DNA of 64,000 nucleotides from Eledone cirrhosa (taxonomy: Eukaryota). Positions 26,208 through 43,956 of this stretch are shown here, piece by piece (the stretch's first letter is position 1; the number at the start of each line of letters is the position of its first letter). Both the position numbers and the translations under genes were made by a program. The notes under the pieces were generated by a model. That model ran no database searches, was not told the DNA's origin, and worked only from the letters and a program-made list of their open reading frames with translations. The DNA lies in contig OZ024742.1 of NCBI GenBank assembly GCA_964016885.1, positions 326,182,001 through 326,246,000 of the forward strand, in the 5' to 3' direction.

Positions 26208-29200
26208 TCTACCTATCCCCCTACCCCACTATGTTCCTACCTACCTACCTAACTACCTACCTTCCTATATAACTACCTTGTCACCTACCCACCTATCTTC
26301 CTTCCTACCTACCCACCTTCCTTCCTACCTACCCACCTTCCTTCCTACCCACCCACCTAACTACCTACCTTCATACCTATTTACTTACCTTCATACCCAC
26401 CTATCTTCCGACCTATCCAACTACCTACTTTCCTATATAACTACCTTGTCACCTACCTTCCAACTTACCCACCTACCTTCCTACCTTGTCACCTACCTTC
26501 CAACTTACCCACCTACCTTCCTACCTTGATATCTACCTACGTACCTACCCACACACCTACCTACCTTCCTACTTACTTACCCACCTACCTCCGACATAAC
26601 TACCTACCCACCTACCTACCTTCCTTCCTACTTACCTACCCACCTACCTCCGACATAACTACCTACCCACCCACCTACCTACCTTCCTACTTACCCACCC
26701 TCCTACCTCCGACATAACTAACTACCCACCCACCTACCTACCTTCCTACTTACCTACCCACCTACCTCCGACATAACTACCTACCCACCCACCTACCTAC
26801 ATTCCTACTTACCCACCCACCTACCTCCGACATAACTACCTACCAACCCACCTACCTACCTTCCTACTTACCTACCTACCTACGAATAACTACCTACCCA
26901 CCCACCTACCTACCTTCCTACTTACCTACCTACCCACCTACCTACCTTCCTACTTACCTACCCACATACCTACGACATAACTACCTACCAATCTACCTCC
27001 AACATAACTACCTACAACCCACCTACCTACCTTCCTACCTACCTACCCACCCACCTACCTACCTTCCTACTTACCCACCATCCTACCTACATTCCTACTT
27101 ACCCACCCACCTACCTCCGACATAACTACCTAACCACCCACCTACCTACCTTCTTATTACCTACCCACCTTTTCCCTACCTTCCTACTTACCTACCCACC
27201 TACCTCCAACATAACTACCTACAACCCACCTATCTACCTTCCTACCTACCTACCCACCCACCTACCTACCTTCCTACCAACCTACGCACCCACCTACCTA
27301 CCTTCAAACTTACCTACCTACCGCCGACATAACTACCTACCTACCCACCCATCTAACTACCTTCCTACTTACCTACCTACCTACCTCCGACATAACTACC
27401 TACCCACCCACCCACCTACCTTCCTACTTACCTACCTACCCACCTATCTACCTTCCTACTTACCTACCCACCTACCTCCGACATAACTACCTACCCACCT
27501 ACCTACCTTCCTACTTACCTCCCCACCTACCTACCTTCCTGCTTACCCACCCACCTACCTCCGACATAACTACCTAACCACCCGCCTACCTACCTTCTTA
27601 TTACCTACCCACCCATTCCCTACCTTCCTACTTACCTACACACCTACCTCCAACATAACTAACTACAACCCACCTACCTACCTTCCTACTTACCTACCTA
27701 CCTACGACATAACTACCTACCTACCCACCCACCTACCTACCTTCCTACTTACCTACCTACCCACCTACCTACCTTCCTACTTACCTACCCACATACCTAC
27801 GACATAACTACCTACCAACACACCTACCTACATTCCTACTTACCTACCTACCCACCTACCTACCTCCCTACTTACCTACCCACCTACCTACGACATAACT
27901 ACCTACCCACCCACCTACCTACCTTCCTACTTACCTACCTACCCACCTACCTACCTTCCTACTTACCCACCCACCTACCTCCGACATAACTACCTACCCA
28001 CCCACCTACCTACCTTCCTACTTACCCACCCTCCTACCTCCGACATAACTAACTACCCACCCACCTACCTACCTTCCTACTTACCTACCCACCTACCTCC
28101 GACATAACTACCTACCCACCCACCTACCTACATTCCTACTTACCCACCCACCTACCTCCGACATAACTACCTACCAACCCACCTACCTACCTTCCTACTT
28201 ACCTACCTACCTACGAATAACTACCTACCCACCCACCTACCTACCTTCCTACTTACCTACCTACCCACCTACCTACCTTCCTACTTACCTACCCACATAC
28301 CTACGACATAACTACCTACCAATCTACCTCCAACATAACTACCTACAACCCACCTACCTACCTTCCTACCTACCTACCCACCCACCTACCTACCTTCCTA
28401 CTTACCCACCATCCTACCTACATTCCTACTTACCCACCCACCTACCTCCGACATAACTACCTAACCACCCACCTACCTACCTTCTTATTACCTACCCACC
28501 TTTTCCCTACCTTCCTACTTACCTACCCACCTACCTCCAACATAACTACCTACAACCCACCTATCTACCTTCCTACCTACCTACCCACCCACCTACCTAC
28601 CTTCCTACCAACCTACGCACCCACCTACCTACCTTCAAACTTACCTACCTACCGCCGACATAACTACCTACCTACCCACCCATCTAACTACCTTCCTACT
28701 TACCTACCTACCTACCTCCGACATAACTACCTACCCACCCACCCACCTACCTTCCTACTTACCTACCTACCCACCTATCTACCTTCCTACTTACCTACCC
28801 ACCTACCTCCGACATAACTACCTACCAACCCACCTACCTACCTTCCTACTTACCTACCCACCTACCTCCGACATAACTACCTACCCACCTACCTACCTTC
28901 CTACTTACCTCCCCACCTACCTACCTTCCTGCTTACCCACCCACCTACCTCCGACATAACTACCTAACCACCCGCCTACCTACCTTCTTATTACCTACCC
29001 ACCCATTCCCTACCTTCCTACTTACCTACACACCTACCTCCAACATAACTAACTACAACCCACCTACCTACCTTCCTACTTACCTACCTACCTACGACAT
29101 AACTACCTACCTACCCACCCACCTACCTACCTTCCTACTTACCTACCTACCCACCTACCTACCTCCCTACTTACCTACCCACCTACCTACGACATAACTA

Positions 29201-30700
29201 CCTACCCACCCACCTACCTACCTTCCTACTTACCTACCTACCCACCTACCTACCTTCCTACTTACCCACCCACCTACCTCCGACATAACTACCTACCCAC
29301 CCACCTACCTACCTTCCTACTTACCCACCCTCCTACCTCCGACATAACTAACTACCCACCCACCTACCTACCTTCCTACTTACCTACCCACCTACCTCCG
29401 ACATAACTACCTACCCACCCACCTACCTACATTCCTACTTACCCACCCACCTACCTCCGACATAACTACCTACCAACCCACCTACCTACCTTCCTACTTA
29501 CCTACCTACCTACGAATAACTACCTACCCACCCACCTACCTACCTTCCTACTTACCTACCTACCCACCTACCTACCTTCCTACTTACCTACCCACATACC
29601 TACGACATAACTACCTACCAATCTACCTCCAACATAACTACCTACAACCCACCTACCTACCTTCCTACCTACCTACCCACCCACCTACCTACCTTCCTAC
29701 TTACCCACCATCCTACCTACATTCCTACTTACCCACCCACCTACCTCCGACATAACTACCTAACCACCCACCTACCTACCTTCTTATTACCTACCCACCT
29801 TTTCCCTACCTTCCTACTTACCTACCCACCTACCTCCAACATAACTACCTACAACCCACCTATCTACCTTCCTACCTACCTACCCACCCACCTACCTACC
29901 TTCCTACCAACCTACGCACCCACCTACCTACCTTCAAACTTACCTACCTACCGCCGACATAACTACCTACCTACCCACCCATCTAACTACCTTCCTACTT
30001 ACCTACCTACCTACCTCCGACATAACTACCTACCCACCCACCCACCTACCTTCCTACTTACCTACCTACCCACCTATCTACCTTCCTACTTACCTACCCA
30101 CCTACCTCCGACATAACTACCTACCAACCCACCTACCTACCTTCCTACTTACCTACCCACCTACCTCCGACATAACTACCTACCCACCTACCTACCTTCC
30201 TACTTACCTCCCCACCTACCTACCTTCCTGCTTACCCACCCACCTACCTCCGACATAACTACCTAACCACCCGCCTACCTACCTTCTTATTACCTACCCA
30301 CCCATTCCCTACCTTCCTACTTACCTACACACCTACCTCCAACATAACTAACTACAACCCACCTACCTACCTTCCTACTTACCTACCTACCTACGACATA
30401 ACTACCTACCTACCCACCCACCTACCTACCTTCCTACTTACCTACCTACCCACCTACCTACCTTCCTACTTACCTACCCACATACCTACGACATAACTAC
30501 CTACCAACACACCTACCTACATTCCTACTTACCTACCTACCCACCTACCTACCTCCCTACTTACCTACCCACCTACCTACGACATAACTACCTACCCACC
30601 CACCTACCTACCTTCCTACTTACCTACCTACCCACCTACCTACCTTCCTACTTACCCACCCACCTACCTCCGACATAACTACCTACCCACCCACCTACCT
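26208..30700. repeat. (CCTA)-derived complex satellite with ~60-bp subunits marked by CGACATAACT and a ~1.3-kb higher-order repeat
   Basis: Rare variants TACGAATAAC (26881, 28212, 29511), TTTTCCCTAC (27170, 28501, 29800) and ACCTTCAAACT (27300, 28631, 29930) recur with spacings of 1331 and 1299 bp. Confidence 0.9.
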
Positions 30701-31203
30701 ATTTCTGAATAAATTGAAACCAAACTAAACAACTTAACATCCCCACATCACACTCACATACCCAATCACACACACACACAGACACACACAGACACTCACA
30801 TACCTACTCACACACACAGAGACACACACTCACATACCCACTCACATACCCACTCACACACAGACAGATACACACACACACACACACACTCGCATACCCA
30901 TTCACACACACACGCACAGACATACACAGCCACACACACTCACACACAGACACACACAGACACACACACACACTCACATACAGGCACATACACAGACACA
31001 GACACACACAGACACACACCCATGCGACCCCCCCCTCCCACCCACACACACACAGGACGCTTCACAACAAAACAACAATATATATAAAACGTTATACTTC
31101 AGATGTCATGTTGCAAATTAAGAATGTCTTCATTTCCTTGTTTTTATTTCTGTTACTGCTGAAGCCTCTGTCATTACATGTCAATACTACAACTGCTACT
31201 ACT

Positions 31204-31451
31204 GATGTGTGTGGTTGTTGTTGTTGGTGTTGTTGTTGTTGCTGTTGTTGTTGTTATTGTAGTTATTGTTGTTGTTGGTGGTGGTGTTGGTGTTGTTGTT
31301 GTTGGTGTTGTTGTTGTTGCTGTTGTTGTTGTTATTGTTATTGTAGTTATAGTTGTTGTTGCTAGTGTTGGTGTTGTTGTTGTTGGTGTTGTTGTTGTTG
31401 GTGTGGTTGTTGTTGGTGATGGTGGTGGAGTTGATGTTGTTGTTGTTGCTG

Positions 31452-31483
<32 letters not shown>

Positions 31484-31492
31484 GGTGTTGAT

Positions 31493-31523
<31 letters not shown>

Positions 31524-31552
31524 TTGTTGTTGATTTTTGTTGTTGTTGTTGC

Positions 31553-31616
<64 letters not shown>

Positions 31617-31768
31617 GGTGGTGGTGGTGTTGTTGTTGTTGTTGTTGTTGTTACTGATGTTGTTGTTGTTGTTGTTGGTGGCGGTGGTGTTGTTGTTGTT
31701 GTTGGTGCTGTTGTTGTTGTTGTTGTTGTTACTGCTGTTGTTGTTGGTGGTGGTGGTGTTGATGTGGC

Positions 31769-31803
<35 letters not shown>

Positions 31804-31861
31804 ATGTTGACGTTGATGTTGTTGTTGCTGATGTTGTTGTTGTTGTCGTTGTTGTAGATGC

Positions 31862-31932
<71 letters not shown>

Positions 31933-33320
31933 ATGTTGTTGTTGTGGTTGTTGTTACTGTTGTTGTTGTTGTTGTGTTTATGTTGTTGTTGTTGTTGTTG
32001 TTATTGTTGGTGGTGGTGGTGGTTTTGTTGGTGTTGATCATCGTCATCATCATCATCATCACCACCATCACCATTACCATCACCACCACCATCATCGTCA
32101 CCATCACCATTACCATCACCACCACCATCATCATCACCATCACCATCATTATCATCCTAACCATCATCATCATTATCACCATCATCATCATAATCACCAT
32201 CACCACCACCATCATCATCACCATCACTATCACCACCATCACCACCATCACCATCACGATTATCACCATCATCATCACTATCATCATCACCATCATCATC
32301 ATCATCATCTCCGCCACCACCACCATCAGCACCATCACCACCACCATCACCATCATAATCACCACCATCACCACCACCAGCATCACCATCATCATCATCA
32401 TCTCCACCATCACCTTCATCATCACCATCACCATCATCACCACCACCACCGTCATCATCACCATCACCATCATCACCACCACCACCGTCATCATCACCAT
32501 CACCATCAGCACCATCACCACCATCACCACCATCACCACCACCACCACCACCACCATCACCATTATCACCACCATCACTATCACTATCACCACCACCATC
32601 ATCACCACCACCACCATCACCACCATCACCACCACCACCACCACCACCATCACCACCATCACCACCACCACCACCACCACTACCATCACCACCATCACCA
32701 CCACCACCACCACCACCATCACCATCATCATGCTAATGTAGTTTATTTCTTATCGTTGATTCTGCTGCAGTTTTCTTGTTTTGTTATTTATTGCTATTTT
32801 TAATTTATTTGTTCCAAGTCCTTTTATCACTTTCTTTTGTTGTTTTTAATGAGGTTGTTTTCTTTCTTACTGAATGTTGTTGTTGTTGTCGTCGTCGTCG
32901 TTGTTGTTGTTGTTGTTGTTGTTGTCGTCGTTGATGTTGTCGTCGTCGTCGTTGTTGTTGTTGTTGTCGTCGTCGTCGTCGTCGTTGTTGTTGTTGTTGT
33001 CGTCGTTGCTGTTGCTTTTGATGTTTTTGTTGTGTTACTGGAGGTGGTGGTGGTGGTGTGGTGGTGGTGTTGTGTGGTGGTGGAGTGGGTGGTGGTGGAG
33101 TGGGTGGTGGTGGAGTGGGTGGTGGTGTGGGTGATGGTGGAGTGTGTGCGTGGGGGGTAGTGGTGGAGTGGCGGTGGAGAGGTGGTGGTGGTGGTGTGGT
33201 GGACATGATGATGACGATGGGAATAATATTTGTGGTGGTGTTGTTGTTGGTGGTGGTGGTGGTGGTGGTGGAGTGGTGGTGGTGGGTGTAATGGTGGAGG
33301 TGGTGGTGGTGGTGGTGGCG
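31204..33320. repeat. Compound trinucleotide low-complexity block: (GTT/GGT)n, (CAT/CAC)n, (GTT/GTC)n, (GGT)n
   Basis: Direct reading. Confidence 0.9.
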
Positions 33321-34101
33321 GCGGCGCTAATTGGGTTGGTGTTGCTGTTCTTTAGCTGTTTGGTTTCAACTTACCTACTCCCTTATAGAATTTTCCGTCG
33401 TTGTCCTCTTTATTGTTCTAAGTATCATTGTTGTTATTGCTATTGATTCCATTGTTGTTGTTGTTTTTTCGTTATCATTATTATTATCGCTCTATTATTG
33501 TTGTTGTTGTTGCTAGTGTCGCTATCTTTGTTGTCGTCAGAGTTGTCATCTTCAAAGTCTTTTGTAGGTCTTCCTTCCGATTCTACAATTGCTGTTATTG
33601 TTCAAGTTGACTTTAAAGTTTCGTAATTGATACTGCTTTTGTATATTGATGCGATAACTACTATCGCCGTTGTTGTTATTATTGTTGTCACTGTCATTGG
33701 AGGTTCTTTTCTTGTTGTCATCGACGTCGCAGCTGTTGATTTTTTTCCTCAATTGTTATTGGCCCTATTGATGTTACTCTCATTGATCTTATTGTTGCTT
33801 CATCAATTGCAAATTATCACAGCTATATTTTAATTATTCCAACACCCTATATACATTTTATAAAACATACAAAGCCTTATTTGCATCTAATTCATTCAAC
33901 TGTGGCACGCTAATGAATCGCATGTCAATTACATGAGGATCCTACTACCGATAGCATTATGAAGCAGAAGATTATTATTTTTCAAGCTAATAAAGCGCAC
34001 GTCAACTATAGGGTACTCCAGCCTCCGGCGGCATTGCAGTAAACACTATGCTGTTTTCAAACGGAATGGTGTTTAAAGCGTAAGTTTAAAAAGCGGGGTT
34101 T

Positions 34102-34390
34102 GTGTTTTTTCAAGATTATAAGTTACATCCAGTGTTTTGCAAGATTATAGAGATGCTGATGATATGCAACCTTATAAAGCGGATCAAGTTTTTTGAAAAT
34201 TTGTAAAGCAACTAAGATGTTTTTTCAAGTTCATAAAGTAAAACAGATGTTTTGCAAACTTATCAAAGAAGACAGGGATCTAGCAAGCTTATAAGGCAGA
34301 GAATCTATTTGAAATCTTTTAAAGAAGGACAGATAATTTTAAATTTTATAGAGCTGGCCAGGTGTTTAGCAATCTTATAAATAAGGTTAA
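34102..34390. repeat. Degenerate ~29-bp minisatellite, about 10 units
   Basis: Recurring GATGTTTTGCAARCTTATAAAG-like units. Confidence 0.6.
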
Positions 34391-34671
34391 GTTATGATGA
34401 AAGAAATAAGCAACGAATCATCCCGATGTTTCACAACGTAACTTGTAAATATTCCATTCATTTTTGTTTTGTGTGTATGTGTGTGGGGGAGGGGAGGGGG
34501 CAGCTAATATATTTGAGGTCAACTCTTCTCGTTTCTTTAATTTGAATGGACATAAAGTCAGATTACCGACATGTTCAAATGGTTATGCACCATCATTGAT
34601 TCAACATCTCTCTTACATAAACTAAAATTTTACTACCTAAATGTGTGTAACCTATCTATCTTTCTATTTAT

Positions 34672-34758
<87 letters not shown>

Positions 34759-34937
34759 GTATATATATTAGTATTAAGGATACTATTTATGGTTATGTAT
34801 GTAATAAAACCTTTTATGGTAATATATTTTTTATACAAACCTTAAATAGTGAAAGATAGTCATTAATTACTATCTTATTACCAGTAAGATAAATAGCTCA
34901 ATGTAATAACATCGGTTGTTTTACAGAGCAGTTATAT

Positions 34938-38230
<3,293 letters not shown>

Positions 38231-38820
38231 GAGAGAGAGAAAAAGAGAGATTTAGGAAATCACACTACCACAATAAACCTTGTGAATCTATGGTTATGGA
38301 ATAGCGTGCTACACAATATCTTACTCAATGAACACCAGAAACAGAGAATACTCATATACATTTGGTAGTGTGGTGACAATGATCGAACAAATCAATTAAA
38401 GTTAGCAAAAAAATTAGTACAATTAGTATTAACTAATTTATAAATCAAATCAATTAATATGCTCAACCCAGTGCTGGTTTCACCAATGCCAAACTGTTAG
38501 TATCATTTATGTAAATATGTGTATATTCTAATTGCCCTTTGCATAACAACTCGGAATTGGCATGGGATCTTTAATGAGTTTATTCAGTATGCAACACATG
38601 GAAAAATAGGATACTTTTTCAGGCAATTGATATGCTAGAAGTAATATCCGAGTGTCTGCAGCGGCTTGACATCAAGTTGCTGTATTATCAAAGAGGCGGA
38701 AAGTTAACGGAAAAATTCAAATGAAGACTCAACTAGAATTTCTGCTAGGAGTAAAATATACTAATAGATTTAGGATATATATATATATTATATATACAGA
38801 TTAAAGTCTAAGCAAAGAAT

Positions 38821-39215
38821 CGGTTAACTTTGCCTTTGATCCTTACGGGGTCGATAACATAAAGTACCAGTAATACACTGGAATAGTTGCTGGCCTTGTG
38901 CCAAAAGTAGAAACAATTATTACCCGCCGAAGTTAACTTTGCCTTTCATCCTTACGGGGTCGATAAAATAATGTACCAGTAATACACTGGGATAATTGCT
39001 GGCCTTGTGCCAAAAGTAGAAACAATTATTACCACTACCCTCAGCATAGAGTCACGGCTCTTTACGATCTGGATTCAAATCCCGCCGAGGTTAATTTTGC
39101 CTTTCATCCTTACGGGGTCGATAAAATAAAGTACCAGTCACGCACTGGGGTGGATTTAATCGATTTTCCCCTCCCCCAAAATTGCTGGCCTTGTGCCTAT
39201 ATAAGAAGCCATTAT
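38821..39215 (+). mobile_element. Tandem of three 5'-truncated SINE copies
   Basis: Three repeats of TTTGCCTTT(C/G)ATCCTTACGGGGTCGATAA...TTGCTGGCCTTGTGCC. Confidence 0.85.
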
Positions 39216-39271
39216 TACCACTTCCCTCATCATCTCTAATATCATTATTGTTGTCCTTGTCATTTTGTTGT

Positions 39272-39272
<1 letters not shown>

Positions 39273-39332
<60 letters not shown>

Positions 39333-39404
39333 CAGTAGTAGTAGTAGCAGTAGCAGCAGCAGCAGTAGTAGTAATTGTAGTAGTAGTAGTAGTAATTGTA
39401 GTAC

Positions 39405-39436
<32 letters not shown>
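39273..39436. repeat. (TAG)n microsatellite
   Basis: Direct reading. Confidence 0.9.
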
Positions 39437-39437
<1 letters not shown>

Positions 39438-41484
39438 CTGAGCAGCAACAGTTGTAGTAGTAATTGTAGTTGTTGTTTTTGTTGTTCTTTTCCCTTTTCT
39501 ACTATTACAACTACAAAATACAATTATTACCATTTTTTTATGTTCTGGTTATTAGTTTTAATACCGGACAAAATGTTTCCTAACATTTACCGCCGAGGTC
39601 AATTTGCCTATCATCCTTCGGAGGTCAATTAAATAAACAGAGTACCAGTCGATATAATCGACTCTATTCCACCACACATATATTGCTGGTCTCATGACTA
39701 AAGTACTATTATTTAATATATTTTGGCTTAGATACACAAAGGATGGATTTATGTAATAGAGAACAAACCTATGAAACGAATCTATATATTTCCTGGAATG
39801 TAATGTTTGCATGTTTCATAATGTAATTTTATTTGTTTTTTCGTGGTTTACTTTATTTCGCATTTGGTATTTATGAAGAAACATGCTGTGAATAATAGAA
39901 TAAACTCTGTTATTGTTTTCTCTCGATATTTAACCAAATATAGGAGTGGGGAATGAGTTAAATAGAAGACCATTAAACAATTTTTTGTTTTATTTTCTGT
40001 TTATCTAGGGACGAGCAGGCCCCACGATCGTACTTAAATGTCTACGAGATTAATGGGGAGGGACGGCGCTATCTTTAAACCAGAGATAGACCGAGTCTTT
40101 ACACAGTGTATTCCATTAAAAGTACCCTAGCGCTTCATAGTGAGAGAAAGGGTGTAATACATACTCAAATTTAGATAGCCTGTATTTAATCCTTCTAACA
40201 GAGCACACTCCGCAAAGTGCTTTTTGTATTTGGAATTTACTTATGATTCTTCCAAGGTAAAAAGATAAATTCCACGATGGTTGATTGGCGGAATTTTCAT
40301 AGCGTTGGATAGGATGCTTCACGATATCTATGCCGGTTCTTTGAGTTCTGAGTTCAAATTTAGCTGTAGCAAACTTGGATAGTAGAATTAATCGATTTCT
40401 GAATCATGGATAAATTTGTGTGGGCGTGCATGTACTATTCTGATTTGAACTTACACGATAAGTTGCTGAAAAGCTTTTGGAAATGGCTTGAGTTTAGACA
40501 TTTTTATAAGTTACCGTAAGTTTTCAGTTGAATTGAGGGGTGCGTTCTGTTATACGCTTTGATGTTCCCTACGAAATCACCTACCACCTGGCTTAGAGGA
40601 CATAAAATGTGTCTTTAACACTGCTCTACCTTTCCCTGCCTAAGCCATTAAAAATAAAATTATTCTTGCAGTCTTTCGATGGAGAATTACAGACATTGAA
40701 GAAGAAATTGTAAGGAGTGTCAGCAACGACTCATAAATCTCTCTTACGAGTATGGTTCACTCCTAGACTACTTCTCCATCATTCTCATCATCATCATCAT
40801 CATTGTCATCATCATCATTATCATCATCACCATCAGCCTTTTCTTCGTCTCTTCTTTCTCCCCCATTTGTTTTCAGATTAGAGCAACTTTCTATGTTCAA
40901 AATATTAGAATATCGTTCTTCACAAAACAACATCTAATGATTTATTTCAATGCAGACCACCTTTAGCTTTCTAAGAAGCTACATTTCCTTAACGACATTC
41001 TTTATACATAATTAAAGTATATGTATAACGAATGAAAGTCACCACATCTCATTAATTTCCACTACAATTTATTCACTTATTATAATGCCTTCATATTTAC
41101 CGAACGAAGTAAAATATCTCCAGTGTACATTGCTAGAATACTGTGATTATCCACACATATTACCTTTATCCAATTAGGTTCACAATATATATATTGTGTT
41201 TACTTGTATATCATACTAGTTAATTGGTTTCTATCCACAAATTTTCCCGTCAGCCAACATACGATGCCAACGTTTCGAAATAAACACTTCCACGTGAAAT
41301 GAGATGAATTTGTGTATTTTTGAAAATAGGTTTTTATATAATTATTTACTGTTATTTGGTTTGTTTGAGGATTTTCAACTACAATATCACAGTTCAATTC
41401 ACTTCTTTGACTATCGCGTTCTAACTTATATATACACGTTAAAAAATAATCATCCGATTTCAAAATTCTCTTTGATAACCCATG

Positions 41485-41567
<83 letters not shown>

Positions 41568-41602
41568 AGTAAGTATGTTTTGAAACAGTGAGCGAGTTTG
41601 AA

Positions 41603-41816
41603 ATTAGAAAATATATAGCTTTCACCGTATTTTTGACTAAAGGAATTTTAGCTTGATAACGGGGTTTAGAACCCTCAGATAAATGGAAAAAGATGAGTAT
41701 TGACGTACATGTACGTCAATACTCATCTTTTTCCATTTATCTGAGGGTTCTAAACCCCGTTATCAAGCTAAAATTCCTTTAGTCAAAAATACGGTGAAAG
41801 CTATATATTTTCTAAT
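41603..41816. repeat. Perfect 214-bp palindrome (107-bp arms, no spacer) between (TA)n tracts
   Basis: Centre GACGTACA|TGTACGTC at 41709/41710; the left arm has a ~37-bp unpaired extension. Confidence 0.9.
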
Positions 41817-41909
41817 ATATATATATATATATATTTCTATGCTAGCACAGAAATATGGACGTTAAACGGTGATGATGAAGATGATAATATATATATGTAT
41901 ATATATATA

Positions 41910-42315
41910 CGAGGTGGTATCAAATGTTTTCCGGACTTGTTCTCTAGCGAACGGACAGATTGCAACACAGGGTTGCACGCGCAATGAAACCTAGCAGTGA
42001 CCTTCATGCCAGTGTGCCGAGTGACATCGCTGTGTTCATTTCACAAGTTGTGAGATTTGTGTTTTTGTAATCACGTGTAAGCTGTAGGCTACGAGTTTGT
42101 CATGAACTGGAAGTTAGAACAGAGAGCCAACGTAAGAGGTCTTCTACAGCGACATTAAGCATGATACTGCAACCTTACGGTGATGAGGCAATGGGTCGTA
42201 CGCAATGTTTCGAGTATCACGGGCGCTTTAAAAGGGGAAGAACGTCCCTGGAAGATGACGACTGATCTGGAAAAACCTGTCACGAGCGTCATCCTCGGAA
42301 ATGTGGAGAAAATTA
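41910..42315 (+). mobile_element. 5' fragment of a second mariner element
   Basis: TA|CGAGGTGGTATCAAA terminus; translates to LEQRANV...PYGDEAMGRTQCFEYHGRFKRGRTSLEDD. Confidence 0.8.
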
Positions 42316-42429
42316 ATAGAATAGAAGTTACTGTCTCCACTGGATCCGTTGGGATCACCAAGCAACATCAACCGAGCTTATGAATGTTATCAAAATATCT
42401 TGCTCAAAATTTACCCCTATATCTCCTGG

Positions 42430-43455
42430 CGTTTGGGTTTTGTGAGTAATATGTTTTCAGTGATTCATTTCTGGGGCATTCTGATCACATGTCGGTAGTA
42501 TTGGAACTGTAATTTCTCAATTAGTTGAGGTAGAAGCTCTACATGGAGCGTCTCTCTGATCTCTGAGCTACGCACTCTATAGAGTAGCTTTACTCCAAAG
42601 ATTCTTCTGAAGAACGCCATTTCGACCACATGTATTTGCTATCGTATTCTTTCTTTCATTGTCCAAGATTCATGACCTTCATTAAAGGTTCGCACAAAAT
42701 ACCGAATTGAAGATAGCGAGTTTGGTTATTATACCTAACTCCTTTCTTCTGATGAACGATTGTTGAAGCTGGCAACTTACTGTACCAGCTGCTTATGCAG
42801 TTATTTCACTAATTCTGCTCTCTTCCGTCCATCATTCGTCAAAAGTGGCACCGAAATACTTGAACTTCACCAACTGCTTCAGACGAACTTCACTCACACG
42901 TGAAGTGCAATACAGAGGCCTCCTTGAGAGGATGAATATCTCAGTTTTCACCGCATTGATTTTCATTCCTGTATTGTAGCCCTTGGCAGCAAACCTATCA
43001 AGTGCATGTCAGTGATTACCTACCACAACGTCTGCAAAATCCACCTGACAGTTCCTACACATACCAGTCTTGATATCACTTTCAACCTGGCTGCTCGTGT
43101 CAATCCTGTTCCTTACGATTATGAATATGTGGTGTGACATTACACGCCTTTACCGAAGTCCGACACCCTGATTCAAATATTTTGAATTAGCACCATTTAT
43201 CCGACCGAATACAAATATTAAGGCATTCGTATAAAGAGTTCAGGGTAAGAAATTCAGAAGCTATACATCGATCCCATATTCCCACAGAAACCTCCACAAG
43301 TTTCGAGAATCTACGAAACAGGCAATACTCGAATGCTGCCCCAGTGAATTATGAATATTTTGTCGGCTGTTATGCGCCCGGGACGCAAACCACACTGTTC
43401 AGCAGCTAGCGTGGACTCGACAACATCCTTACATCTCTTTGTCAGACATTTAGGA
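42430..43455 (-). mobile_element. Degenerate RTE-type LINE RT fragment
   Basis: Minus-strand pieces EQCGLRPGR, GVGLR..VMS, ALDRFAAKGYNTGMKI, QLVKFKYFG and HESWTM, with many stops and frameshifts. Confidence 0.7.
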
Positions 43456-43773
43456 TATGTGACTGACTACAACTTAATTACATCTAACGCTGCAGTGACT
43501 TCAAAAACTGTAAAACATTTCTACAATTCAAAGTATGAACGATTGCAGTGTTCGACAACAGTGTATTTTCTATACACCCTTACCACCGAGAAATTGGCGG
43601 ATCGGATATAAACTCAAAGTTAAGAGAAAGAGAAGAAAAGAGAAGAAACATTGATGAAAATATTTTGTTTCAATTTGATATGTGCTACCAGTTGACTGTT
43701 TGAACTAGCCATAAATATATGTAATGCATTTGACACTACAACAAATAATAAGCCTTTTAATCACTAAAAGTCT

Positions 43774-43956
43774 TGGCAGTATCGGTAGAGGGTCGGACGC
43801 TATGCTTTGCAGCATAGAGTTACATCCCTTTATGGTTTGAGTTCAAATCCCGCCGAGGTTAATTTTGCCTTTCATCCTTATGGGGTCGATAAAATAAGGT
43901 ACCAGTAATGCACTGGGATAATTGCTGGCCTTGTGCCAAAAGTAGAAACAATTATT
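43774..43956 (+). mobile_element. tRNA-derived SINE
   Basis: Matches the family at 6277. Confidence 0.88.

Noticed and set aside
26580-30700. Regularly spaced CGACATAACT motif resembling a CRISPR repeat
   Set aside because: The intervening sequences are themselves CCTA repeats rather than unique spacers; eukaryotic context and no cas genes.
31178-33446. Long Val/Thr/Met/Leu-rich ORFs
   Set aside because: Trinucleotide low-complexity DNA, open in several frames on both strands.
34815-34885. GAAAGATAGT...ACTATCTT hairpin with TGGTAAT/ATTACCA pairing resembling a hammerhead
   Set aside because: No CTGANGA box at the required position.
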